Shown piece by piece: positions 13,710 through 28,065 of a stretch of DNA of 64,000 bases; position 1 is the first letter of the stretch, and each line of letters opens with the position of its first letter. The DNA is from the human T2T-CHM13v2.0 reference genome, Homo sapiens, in assembly GCF_009914755.1 (NCBI RefSeq), contig NC_060948.1; one strand, given 5' to 3'. A program made the position numbers and the translations under genes. The notes under the pieces are model-generated. The model saw only the letters and a program-made list of their open reading frames with translations, was not told the origin of the DNA and searched no databases.

Positions 13710-16700
13710 GAATAGAATGGAATGGAATGGAATTGACTCAAATGGAATGGACTAGAATGGAATGGATTCGAATGGAAGGCAAAGGAATGGAATCTATTGG
13801 AATGGACTGTAATGGAATGGAATGGAAGGGATTGGAATGGACTCGAATGGAATGGACTGCAGTAGAAAGGATTCGAATGGAATGAAAAAGAATTGAATGG
13901 AATAGAACAGAATGGAATCAAATCGAATGAAATGGAATGGAATAGAAAGGAATGGAATGAAATGGAATGGAAAGGATTCGAATGGAATGCAATCGAATGG
14001 AATGAAATCGAATGGAATGGAATCGAACGGAATGGAATAAAATGGAAGAAAACTGGCAAGAAATGGAATCGAAATGAATGGAGTGTTATGGAACGGACTC
14101 AAAAGGAATTGAATGTAATAGAATGGAGTGGAGTGGACTCGAATATAATGGACTGGAATGGAATGAAATCACATGGAATGGGAACGAATGGAATGGAATG
14201 GAAAGGAATGGAATGGAAAGGAATGGAATCGAATGGAAAGGAATCGAATGGAAGGGAATGAAATTGAATCAACAGGAATGGAAGGAAGTAGAATAGACGG
14301 TAATGGAATGGACTCGAATAGAATGGACACGAATGCTCAAATTGAATGGACTCGAATGGAATGGAAACGAAAGGAATGTCGTCGAATGGAATTGAATCGA
14401 TTGGAATGAAATCGCATAGAATGGAGTGGAATCAAATGGAATTGAATCGAAAGGAAAGGAAGCGAATGGTCTGTAATGAAATGGAATGGAATTGAATGGA
14501 AAGTAATGCAAGGGAATAGAATGGAACGAAATTTCACGGAATGGAATCAAACTGAATGGAATCAAATCAATGGAATATAATCAAATGGCATGGAAAGGAA
14601 TTGAATGGAGTAGATTGGATTGGATGGGATTGGAATGAAATGTACTGGAAAGGACTCGAATTTCATGAAATGGAATGGAATGAACTGGAACGGAATGGAC
14701 TCGAATGGAATGGAATGTCATGGAATGGCATCAAATGGAATGGCATCAAATGGAATGGAATCGAATGCAATGGAATGCTATGGAATGGAATGGAATGCAT
14801 TGGAATGGAATGTCCCCTAATGGAATGGATTCGAGTGGAATGGAATCGAATATAATGGAGTCGAATGAAATGGAATTGAAAGGAAAGGGATCGAATACAA
14901 TGGAATATACTGGAATGTAATGTAATGAACTCGAATGTAATTGACTAGAATGGAATGTACATGAATGGAATGTAATCGAATGGAAAATAATCTCATGGAA
15001 TAGAATCTAATGCAATAAAATCGACTCAAATAGAATAGAATGGAATGGAGTGGAGTGCAGTGCAATGGAATGGAATGGAATGGAATGCAATGGAATGGAA
15101 TGGAATGGGATGGAATGGTATGGGATGGATAGAAATGGACTGGAGTGAAATGGACTGGAAAGTAATGGACTCAAATTGAAAGAGCTCGAAAGAATGGAGT
15201 CAAATGGAATGGTCTGGAATGGAATGAACACGAATGTAATGCAATCCAATAGAATGGAATCGAATGGCATGGAATATAAAGAAATGGAATCGAAGAGAAT
15301 GGAAACGAATGGAATGGAATTGAATGGAATGGAATTGAATGGAATGGGAACGAATGGAGTGAAATTGTATGCAGTAGAAGAGAATAGAATGGAATGCAAG
15401 CGAAATTAAAGGAATGGATTGGAATGGAATGGAATTCATTGGAATGGAAGGTAATGTATTGCAATGGACAGGCCTTTAATAAAGTGGAATGCTACGGTCT
15501 CGAATGGAATAAAAATGTATGGAATGGAATTCAATGAAACGGAATCGAATGTCATAGAATGTAATGGAATGCAAAAAAATGGAATCCAAAATCATTGACT
15601 GGAAAGGCTGGGTGTCGAAAGGAATTGACTCCAATGGAATGAAATCGAATGGAATGGAAGTGAATAGAATCGAAGTAAATCGAATGGAATGGAATTGTTA
15701 GGAACGGAATGGAAAGGAGTGCAATGATTTGGCATGGAATGGAATCGAATGGCATTGAATGGAGTGGAATGGAATGCAATGGAATGGAATGTATTAGAAT
15801 GTAATGAACATTAATGGAATGTACTCGAATGGAATCGACTGGAATGGAATGTTCTGGAAGTGAATGGACTCCAATGGAATGGATTCGAAAGGAATGGAAT
15901 CTAATGGAATGGAATTAAATGGAAACGAATCAAATTGAATAGCACGGAATTGAATTGAATGGAATCGAATGCAATGGAATCTAATGAAATGGAAAGGAAA
16001 GGAATGGAATGGAATGGAATGGGCTGGAGTTGAATGGAATCGATACGAATGGAATGGAATAGAACTGAAGAGACTGGAATGGAATTCACTGGAATGGAAG
16101 GGAGTGTAATGGAAGGATCTCGAAAAAAATGGAATCGAATGGAATGGAATTGAATGGAACGGAATAGAGTCGAATGGAATTCAATGGAATTGAATGGACT
16201 AGAGTGAAATGGAATCGAACCACAAGGAATGGACAGGAATAGAATGGTCTCGAATTGAATGGAATCGTATGGAATGACATCAAACGGAATGGAATGGACA
16301 GCCACGGAATGGAATGCCCTCGAATGCAATGGAGTCGAAACTAATGGACTGGAATAGAATGGACTCGACTGGTACGGACTCCAATGGAATGGAATCGAAA
16401 GGAAGGGAATCGAACGGAATGGACTCGAAGGGAAAAGACTGCAATGGAAAGGTCTCGAATGGAATGGAAATTAATGGAATGGAATGGAATCGAATGAAAT
16501 GGAGTCAAAAGGAATGGAATCGAATGGCAAGAAATCGAATGTAATGGAATCGCAAGGAATTGATGTGAACGGAACGGAATGGAATGGAATCCAAAGGAAT
16601 GGAATAGAATGGAATGGAATCGAATGGAAAGGACTCGAATGGAAATCACTCGAATAGAATGCAATTTAATAAAATAGGATCAAATGGAATGGAATGGAAT

Positions 16701-19700
16701 GGAAAGGAATCGAAACGAAAGGAATGGAGACAGATGGAATGGAATGGAACAGAGAGCAATGGTATAGAATGGAATGGAATCATCTGGAATGGAATTGAAT
16801 GGAATGGAATAACATGAAATGGAATGGAATGGAATGGAATGCCCTTGAATTAAATGGACTGGAATGGAATGGACTCGAACAGAGTGTAATGGAAAGTGTT
16901 GAAATAGAATGGAATGGACTCCTTTGGAATGGTCTAGTATGCAATGCAATCGACTGGCAGGGAATCAAAAGGAATGTAATCGAATGGATTGGACTGGAAT
17001 GCAATGGACTCGAATAGACTGGAAACGGAATGCAAAGGAATGGAATGGAATAGTATGGAATGGAATGGAAAGGAATGGAGTGGAATAGACTAGAGTGGAA
17101 TGGAATGGACTGGAAAGCAATGGACTGGAATGGAACATTCTTGAATGGACTGGAATCAAACGGAATGGAATGCAATGCAATCAAATGGCATGGAATCAAA
17201 TGGAATGAAAGGGAATCAAATGGAATTGAATCGAATGGAATCGAATGGATTGGAAAGGAATAGAATGGAATGGAATGGAATTGACTCAAATGGAATGGAC
17301 TAGAATGGAATGGATTCGAATGGAAGGCAAAGGAATGGAATCTATTGGAATGGACTGTAATGGAATGGAATGGAAGGGATTGGAATGGACTCGAATGGAA
17401 TGGACTGCAATAGAAAGGATTCGAATGGAATGAAAAAGAATTGAATGGAATAGAACAGAATGGAATCAAATCGAATGAAATGGAATGGAATAGAAAGGAA
17501 TGGAATGAAATGGAATGGAAAGGATTCGAATGGAATGCAATCGAATGGAATGGAATCGAACGGAATGGAATAAAATGGAAGAAAACTGGCAAGAAATGGA
17601 ATCGAAATGAATGGAGTGTTATGGAACGGACTCAAAAGGAATTGAATGTAATAGAATGGAGTGGAGTGGACTCGAATATAATGGACTGGAATGGAATGAA
17701 ATCACATGGAATGGGAACGAATGGAATGGAATGGAAAGGAATGGAATCGAATGGAAAGGAATCGAATGGAAGGGAATGAAATTGAATCAACAGGAATGGA
17801 AGGGAATAGAATAGACGGTAATGGAATGGACTCGAATAGAATGGACACGAATGCTCAAATTGAATGGACTCGAATGGAATGGAAACGAAAGGAATGTCAT
17901 CGAATGGAATTGAATCGATTGGAATGAAATCGCATAGAATGGAGTGGAATCAAATGGAATTGAATCGAAAGGAAAGGAAGCGAATGGACTGAAATGAAAT
18001 GGAATGGAATTGAATGGAAAGTAATGCAATGGAATAGAATGGAACGAAATTTCACGGAATGGAATGAAACTGAATGGAATCAAATCAATGGAATCTAATC
18101 AAGTGGAAAGGAAAGGAATTGAATGGAGTAGATTGGATTGGATGGGATTGGAATGAAATGTACTGGAAAGGACTCGAGTTTCATGAAACGGAATGGAATG
18201 AATTGGAACGGAATGGACTCGAATGGAATGGAATGTCATGGAATGGCATCAAATGGAATGGCATCAAATGGAATGGAATCGAATGCAATGGAATGCTATG
18301 GAATGGAATGGAATGCATTGGAATGGAATGTCCTCTAATGGAATAGATTCGAGTGGAATGGAATCGAATATAATGGAGTCGAATGAAATGGAATTGAAAG
18401 GAATGGGATCGAATACAATGGAATATACTTGAATGTAATGTAATGAACTCGAATGTAATTGACTGGAATGGAATGTACATGAATGGAATGTAATCGAATG
18501 GAAAGTAATCCAATGGAATAGAATCTAATGCAATAAAATCGACTCAGATAGAGTAGAATGTAATGGAATTGAGTGCAGTGCAATGGAATGGAATGGAATG
18601 GAATGCAATGGAATGGAATGGAATGGAAAGGAATGGAATGGAATGGGATGGAATGGTATGGAATGGATAGTAATGGACTGGAGTGAAATGGACTGGAAAT
18701 GAATGGACTCAAATTGAAAGGGCTCGAAAGGAATGGAGTCAAAAGGAATGGTCTGGAATGGAATGAACACGAATGTAATGCAATCCAATAGAATGGAATC
18801 GAATGGCATGGAATATAAAGAAATGGAATCGAAGAGAATGGAAACAAATGGAATGGAATTGAATGGAATGGAATTGAATGGAATGGGAACGAATGGAGTG
18901 AAATTGTATGCAGTAGAAGAGAATAGAATGGAATGCAAGCGAAAGGAAAGTAATGGATTGGAATGGAATGGAATTCATTGGAATGGAAGGGAATGTAGTG
19001 TAATGGACAGGCCTGGAATAAAGTGGAATGCTACGGTCTCAAATGGAATAAAAATGTATGGAATGGAATGCAATGAAACGGAATCGAATGTCATAGAATG
19101 TAATGGAATGCAAAAAAATGGAATCCAAAATCATTGACTGGAAAGGCTGGGTGTCGAAAGGAATTGACTCCAATGGAATGGAATCGAATGGAATGGAAGT
19201 GAATAGAATGGAACTAAATCGAATGGAATGGAATTGATAGGAACGGAATGGAAAGGAATGCAATGATTGGGCATGGAATGGAATCGAATGGCATCGAATG
19301 GAATGGAATGGAATGCAATGGAATGGAATGTATTAGAATTTAATGAACTTTAATGGAATGTACTCGAATGGATTCGACTGGAATGGAATGTTCTGGAAGT
19401 GAATGGACTCCAATGGAATGGATTCAAAAGGAATGGAGTCGTACGGAATGGAATCTAATGGAATGGAATTAAATGGAAATGAATCAAATTGAATAGAACG
19501 GAATTGATTTGAATGGAATCGAATGCAATGGAATCTAATGAAACGGAAAGGAAAGGAATGGAATGGAATGGAATGGGCTGGAATGGAAAGGAATCGAAAC
19601 GAATGGAATGGAATCGAACTGAAGAGACTGGAATGGAATGCACTGGAATGGAAGGGAGTGTAATGGAAGGTTCTCGAAAAAAATGGAATCGAATGGAATG

Positions 19701-22700
19701 GAATTGAGTGGAACGGAATAGAGTCGAATGGAATTGAATGGAATGGAATGGACTAGAGTGAAATGGAATCGAACCACAAGGAATGGACAGGAATAGAATG
19801 GTCTCGAATTGAATGGAATCGTATGGAATGGCATCAAACGGAATGGAATGGACAGCCACGGAATGGAATGCACTCGAATGCAATGGAGTCGAAACTAATG
19901 GACTGGAATAGAATGGACTCGACTGGTACGGACTCCAATGGAATGGAATCGAATGGAAGGGAATCGAACGGAATGGACTCGAAGGGAAAACACTGCAATG
20001 GAAAGGTCTCGAATGGAATGGAAATTAATGGAATGGAACGGAATCGAATGAAATGGAGTCAAAAGGAATGGAATCGAATGGCAAGAAATCGAATGCAATG
20101 GAATCGCAAGGAATTGATGTGAACGGAACGGAATGGAATGGAATCCAAAGGAATGGAATAGAATGGAATGGAATCGAATGGAAAGGACTCGAATGGAAAT
20201 CACTCGAACAGAATGCAATTTAATAAAATAGGATCAAATGTAATGGAATGGAATGGAAAGGAATCGAAACGAAAGGAATGGAGACAGATGGAATGGAATG
20301 GAACAGAGAGCAAAGGTATAGAATGGAATGGAATCATCTGGAATGGAATTGAATGGAATGGAATAATATGAAATGGAATGGAATGGAATGGAATGCCCTT
20401 GAATTAAATGGACTGGAATGGAATGGACTCAAACAGAGTGGAATGGAAAGTGTGGATATAGAATGGAATGAACTCCTTTGGAATGGTCTAGTAGACAATG
20501 CAATCGACAGGCAGGGAATCAAAAGGAATGTAATCGAATGGATTGGACTGGAATGCAATGGACTCGAATAGATTGGAAACGGAATGCAAAGGAATGGAAT
20601 GGAATAGTATGGAATGGTATGGAAAGGAATGGAGTGGAATAGACTAGAGTGGAATGGAATGGACTGGAAAGCAATGGACTGGAATGGAACATTCTTGAAT
20701 GGACTGGAATCAAACGGAATGGAATGCAATGCAATCAAATGGCATGGAATAAAATAGAATGAAAGAGAATCAAATGGAATTGAATCGAATGGAATCGAAT
20801 GGATTGGAAAGGAATAGAATGGAATGGAATGGAATTGACTCAAATGGAATGGACTAGAATGGAATGGATTCGAATGGAAGGCAAAGGAATGGAATCTATT
20901 GGAATGGACTGTAATGGAATGGAATGGAAGGGATTGGAATGGACTCGAATGGAATGGACTGCAGTAGAAAGGATTCGAATGGAATGAAAAAGAATTGAAT
21001 GGAATAGAACAGAATGGAATCAAATCGAATGAAATGGAATGGAATAGAAAGGAATGGAATGAAATGGAATGGAAAGGATTCGAATGGAATGCAATCGAAT
21101 GGAATGAAATCGAATGGAATGGAATCGAACGGAATGGAATAAAATGGAAGAAAACTGGCAAGAAATGGAATCGAAATGAATGGAGTGTTATGGAACGGAC
21201 TCAAAAGGAATTGAATGTAATAGAATGGAGTGGAGTGGACTCGAATATAATGGACTGGAATGGAATGAAATCACATGGAATGGGAACGAATGGAATGGAA
21301 TGGAAAGGAATGGAATGGAAAGGAATGGAATCGAATGGAAAGGAATCGAATGGAAGGGAATGAAATTGAATCAACAGGAATGGAAGGAAGTAGAATAGAC
21401 GGTAATGGAATGGACTCGAATAGAATGGACACGAATGCTCAAATTGAATGGACTCGAATGGAATGGAAACGAAAGGAATGTCGTCGAATGGAATTGAATC
21501 GATTGGAATGAAATCGCATAGAATGGAGTGGAATCAAATGGAATTGAATCGAAAGGAAAGGAAGCGAATGGTCTGTAATGAAATGGAATGGAATTGAATG
21601 GAAAGTAATGCAAGGGAATAGAATGGAACGAAATTTCACGGAATGGAATCAAACTGAATGGAATCAAATCAATGGAATATAATCAAATGGCATGGAAAGG
21701 AATTGAATGGAGTAGATTGGATTGGATGGGATTGGAATGAAATGTACTGGAAAGGACTCGAATTTCATGAAATGGAATGGAATGAACTGGAACGGAATGG
21801 ACTCGAATGGAATGGAATGTCATGGAATGGCATCAAATGGAATGGCATCAAATGGAATGGAATCGAATGCAATGGAATGCTATGGAATGGAATGGAATGC
21901 ATTGGAATGGAATGTCCCCTAATGGAATGGATTCGAGTGGAATGGAATCGAATATAATGGAGTCGAATGAAATGGAATTGAAAGGAAAGGGATCGAATAC
22001 AATGGAATATACTGGAATGTAATGTAATGAACTCGAATGTAATTGACTAGAATGGAATGTACATGAATGGAATGTAATCGAATGGAAAATAATCTCATGG
22101 AATAGAATCTAATGCAATAAAATCGACTCAAATAGAATAGAATGGAATGGAGTGGAGTGCAGTGCAATGGAATGGAATGGAATGGAATGCAATGGAATGG
22201 AATGGAATGGGATGGAATGGTATGGGATGGATAGAAATGGACTGGAGTGAAATGGACTGGAAAGTAATGGACTCAAATTGAAAGAGCTCGAAAGAATGGA
22301 GTCAAATGGAATGGTCTGGAATGGAATGAACACGAATGTAATGCAATCCAATAGAATGGAATCGAATGGCATGGAATATAAAGAAATGGAATCGAAGAGA
22401 ATGGAAACGAATGGAATGGAATTGAATGGAATGGAATTGAATGGAATGGGAACGAATGGAGTGAAATTGTATGCAGTAGAAGAGAATAGAATGGAATGCA
22501 AGCGAAATTAAAGGAATGGATTGGAATGGAATGGAATTCATTGGAATGGAAGGTAATGTATTGCAATGGACAGGCCTTTAATAAAGTGGAATGCTACGGT
22601 CTCGAATGGAATAAAAATGTATGGAATGGAATTCAATGAAACGGAATCGAATGTCATAGAATGTAATGGAATGCAAAAAAATGGAATCCAAAATCATTGA

Positions 22701-25700
22701 CTGGAAAGGCTGGGTGTCGAAAGGAATTGACTCCAATGGAATGAAATCGAATGGAATGGAAGTGAATAGAATCGAAGTAAATCGAATGGAATGGAATTGT
22801 TAGGAACGGAATGGAAAGGAGTGCAATGATTTGGCATGGAATGGAATCGAATGGCATTGAATGGAGTGGAATGGAATGCAATGGAATGGAATGTATTAGA
22901 ATGTAATGAACATTAATGGAATGTACTCGAATGGAATCGACTGGAATGGAATGTTCTGGAAGTGAATGGACTCCAATGGAATGGATTCGAAAGGAATGGA
23001 ATCTAATGGAATGGAATTAAATGGAAACGAATCAAATTGAATAGCACGGAATTGAATTGAATGGAATCGAATGCAATGGAATCTAATGAAATGGAAAGGA
23101 AAGGAATGGAATGGAATGGAATGGGCTGGAGTTGAATGGAATCGATACGAATGGAATGGAATAGAACTGAAGAGACTGGAATGGAATTCACTGGAATGGA
23201 AGGGAGTGTAATGGAAGGATCTCGAAAAAAATGGAATCGAATGGAATGGAATTGAATGGAACGGAATAGAGTCGAATGGAATTCAATGGAATTGAATGGA
23301 CTAGAGTGAAATGGAATCGAACCACAAGGAATGGACAGGAATAGAATGGTCTCGAATTGAATGGAATCGTATGGAATGACATCAAACGGAATGGAATGGA
23401 CAGCCACGGAATGGAATGCACTCGAATGCAATGGAGTCGAAACTAATGGACTGGAATAGAATGGACTCGACTGGTACGGACTCCAATGGAATGGAATCGA
23501 AAGGAAGGGAATCGAACGGAATGGACTCGAAGGGAAAAGACTGCAATGGAAAGGTCTCGAATGGAATGGAAATTAATGGAATGGAATGGAATCGAATGAA
23601 ATGGAGTCAAAAGGAATGGAATCGAATGGCAAGAAATCGAATGTAATGGAATCGCAAGGAATTGATGTGAACGGAACGGAATGGAATGGAATCCAAAGGA
23701 ATGGAATAGAATGGAATGGAATCGAATGGAAAGGACTCGAATGGAAATCACTCGAATAGAATGCAATTTAATAAAATAGGATCAAATGGAATGGAATGGA
23801 ATGGAAAGGAATCGAAACGAAAGGAATGGAGACAGATGGAATGGAATGGAACAGAGAGCAATGGTATAGAATGGAATGGAATCATCTGGAATGGAATTGA
23901 ATGGAATGGAATAACATGAAATGGAATGGAATGGAATGGAATGCCCTTGAATTAAATGGACTGGAATGGAATGGACTCGAACAGAGTGTAATGGAAAGTG
24001 TTGAAATAGAATGGAATGGACTCCTTTGGAATGGTCTAGTATGCAATGCAATCGACTGGCAGGGAATCAAAAGGAATGTAATCGAATGGATTGGACTGGA
24101 ATGCAATGGACTCGAATAGACTGGAAACGGAATGCAAAGGAATGGAATGGAATAGTATGGAATGGAATGGAAAGGAATGGAGTGGAATAGACTAGAGTGG
24201 AATGGAATGGACTGGAAAGCAATGGACTGGAATGGAACATTCTTGAATGGACTGGAATCAAACGGAATGGAATGCAATGCAATCAAATGGCATGGAATCA
24301 AATGGAATGAAAGGGAATCAAATGGAATTGAATCGAATGGAATCGAATGGATTGGAAAGGAATAGAATGGAATGGAATGGAATTGACTCAAATGGAATGG
24401 ACTAGAATGGAATGGATTCGAATGGAAGGCAAAGGAATGGAATCTATTGGAATGGACTGTAATGGAATGGAATGGAAGGGATTGGAATGGACTCGAATGG
24501 AATGGACTGCAATAGAAAGGATTCGAATGGAATGAAAAAGAATTGAATGGAATAGAACAGAATGGAATCAAATCGAATGAAATGGAATGGAATAGAAAGG
24601 AATGGAATGAAATGGAATGGAAAGGATTCGAATGGAATGCAATCGAATGGAATGGAATCGAACGGAATGGAATAAAATGGAAGAAAACTGGCAAGAAATG
24701 GAATCGAAATGAATGGAGTGTTATGGAACGGACTCAAAAGGAATTGAATGTAATAGAATGGAGTGGAGTGGACTCGAATATAATGGACTGGAATGGAATG
24801 AAATCACATGGAATGGGAACGAATGGAATGGAATGGAAAGGAATGGAATCGAATGGAAAGGAATCGAATGGAAGGGAATGAAATTGAATCAACAGGAATG
24901 GAAGGGAATAGAATAGACGGTAATGGAATGGACTCGAATAGAATGGACACGAATGCTCAAATTGAATGGACTCGAATGGAATGGAAACGAAAGGAATGTC
25001 ATCGAATGGAATTGAATCGATTGGAATGAAATCGCATAGAATGGAGTGGAATCAAATGGAATTGAATCGAAAGGAAAGGAAGCGAATGGACTGAAATGAA
25101 ATGGAATGGAATTGAATGGAAAGTAATGCAATGGAATAGAATGGAACGAAATTTCACGGAATGGAATGAAACTGAATGGAATCAAATCAATGGAATCTAA
25201 TCAAGTGGAAAGGAAAGGAATTGAATGGAGTAGATTGGATTGGATGGGATTGGAATGAAATGTACTGGAAAGGACTCGAGTTTCATGAAACGGAATGGAA
25301 TGAATTGGAACGGAATGGACTCGAATGGAATGGAATGTCATGGAATGGCATCAAATGGAATGGCATCAAATGGAATGGAATCGAATGCAATGGAATGCTA
25401 TGGAATGGAATGGAATGCATTGGAATGGAATGTCCTCTAATGGAATAGATTCGAGTGGAATGGAATCGAATATAATGGAGTCGAATGAAATGGAATTGAA
25501 AGGAATGGGATCGAATACAATGGAATATACTTGAATGTAATGTAATGAACTCGAATGTAATTGACTGGAATGGAATGTACATGAATGGAATGTAATCGAA
25601 TGGAAAGTAATCCAATGGAATAGAATCTAATGCAATAAAATCGACTCAGATAGAGTAGAATGTAATGGAATTGAGTGCAGTGCAATGGAATGGAATGGAA

Positions 25701-28065
25701 TGGAATGCAATGGAATGGAATGGAATGGAAAGGAATGGAATGGAATGGGATGGAATGGTATGGAATGGATAGTAATGGACTGGAGTGAAATGGACTGGAA
25801 ATGAATGGACTCAAATTGAAAGGGCTCGAAAGGAATGGAGTCAAAAGGAATGGTCTGGAATGGAATGAACACGAATGTAATGCAATCCAATAGAATGGAA
25901 TCGAATGGCATGGAATATAAAGAAATGGAATCGAAGAGAATGGAAACAAATGGAATGGAATTGAATGGAATGGAATTGAATGGAATGGGAACGAATGGAG
26001 TGAAATTGTATGCAGTAGAAGAGAATAGAATGGAATGCAAGCGAAAGGAAAGTAATGGATTGGAATGGAATGGAATTCATTGGAATGGAAGGGAATGTAG
26101 TGTAATGGACAGGCCTGGAATAAAGTGGAATGCTACGGTCTCAAATGGAATAAAAATGTATGGAATGGAATGCAATGAAACGGAATCGAATGTCATAGAA
26201 TGTAATGGAATGCAAAAAAATGGAATCCAAAATCATTGACTGGAAAGGCTGGGTGTCGAAAGGAATTGACTCCAATGGAATGGAATCGAATGGAATGGAA
26301 GTGAATAGAATGGAACTAAATCGAATGGAATGGAATTGATAGGAACGGAATGGAAAGGAATGCAATGATTTGGCATGGAATGGAATCGAATGGCATCGAA
26401 TGGAATGGAATGGAATGCAATGGAATGGAATGTATTAGAATTTAATGAACTTTAATGGAATGTACTCGAATGGATTCGACTGGAATGGAATGTTCTGGAA
26501 GTGAATGGACTCCAATGGAATGGATTCAAAAGGAATGGAGTCGTACGGAATGGAATCTAATGGAATGGAATTAAATGGAAATGAATCAAATTGAATAGAA
26601 CGGAATTGATTTGAATGGAATCGAATGCAATGGAATCTAATGAAACGGAAAGGAAAGGAATGGAATGGAATGGAATGGGCTGGAATGGAAAGGAATCGAA
26701 ACGAATGGAATGGAATCGAACTGAAGAGACTGGAATGGAATGCACTGGAATGGAAGGGAGTGTAATGGAAGGTTCTCGAAAAAAATGGAATCGAATGGAA
26801 TGGAATTGAGTGGAACGGAATAGAGTCGAATGGAATTGAATGGAATGGAATGGACTAGAGTGAAATGGAATCGAACCACAAGGAATGGACAGGAATAGAA
26901 TGGTCTCGAATTGAATGGAATCGTATGGAATGGCATCAAACGGAATGGAATGGACAGCCACGGAATGGAATGCACTCGAATGCAATGGAGTCGAAACTAA
27001 TGGACTGGAATAGAATGGACTCGACTGGTACGGACTCCAATGGAATGGAATCGAATGGAAGGGAATCGAACGGAATGGACTCGAAGGGAAAACACTGCAA
27101 TGGAAAGGTCTCGAATGGAATGGAAATTAATGGAATGGAACGGAATCGAATGAAATGGAGTCAAAAGGAATGGAATCGAATGGCAAGAAATCGAATGCAA
27201 TGGAATCGCAAGGAATTGATGTGAACGGAACGGAATGGAATGGAATCCAAAGGAATGGAATAGAATGGAATGGAATCGAATGGAAAGGACTCGAATGGAA
27301 ATCACTCGAACAGAATGCAATTTAATAAAATAGGATCAAATGTAATGGAATGGAATGGAAAGGAATCGAAACGAAAGGTATGGAGACAGATGGAATGGAA
27401 TGGAACAGAGAGCAAAGGTATAGAATGGAATGGAATCATCTGGAATGGAATTGAATGGAATGGAATAATATGAAATGGAATGGAATGGAATGGAATGCCC
27501 TTGAATTAAATGGACTGGAATGGAATGGACTCAAACAGAGTGGAATGGAAAGTGTGGATATAGAATGGAATGAACTCCTTTGGAATGGTCTAGTAGACAA
27601 TGCAATCGACAGGCAGGGAATCAAAAGGAATGTAATCGAATGGATTGGACTGGAATGCAATGGACTCGAATAGATTGGAAACGGAATGCAAAGGAATGGA
27701 ATGGAATAGTATGGAATGGTATGGAAAGGAATGGAGTGGAATAGACTAGAGTGGAATGGAATGGACTGGAAAGCAATGGACTGGAATGGAACATTCTTGA
27801 ATGGACTGGAATCAAACGGAATGGAATGCAATGCAATCAAATGGCATGGAATAAAATAGAATGAAAGAGAATCAAATGGAATTGAATCGAATGGAATCGA
27901 ATGGATTGGAAAGGAATAGAATGGAATGGAATGGAATTGACTCAAATGGAATGGACTAGAATGGAATGGATTCGAATGGAAGGCAAAGGAATGGAATCTA
28001 TTGGAATGGACTGTAATGGAATGGAATGGAAGGGATTGGAATGGACTCGAATGGAATGGACTGCA
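13710..28065 (+). repeat. Recent tandem duplication of a two-monomer (7102-bp) DYZ1 block
   Basis: Private variants recur at exactly +7102 (e.g. gcagtag G at 13862/20964), and the ORF track repeats with the same offset (14078/21180, 18074/25176). Coordinates are the outer limits. Confidence 0.9.
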
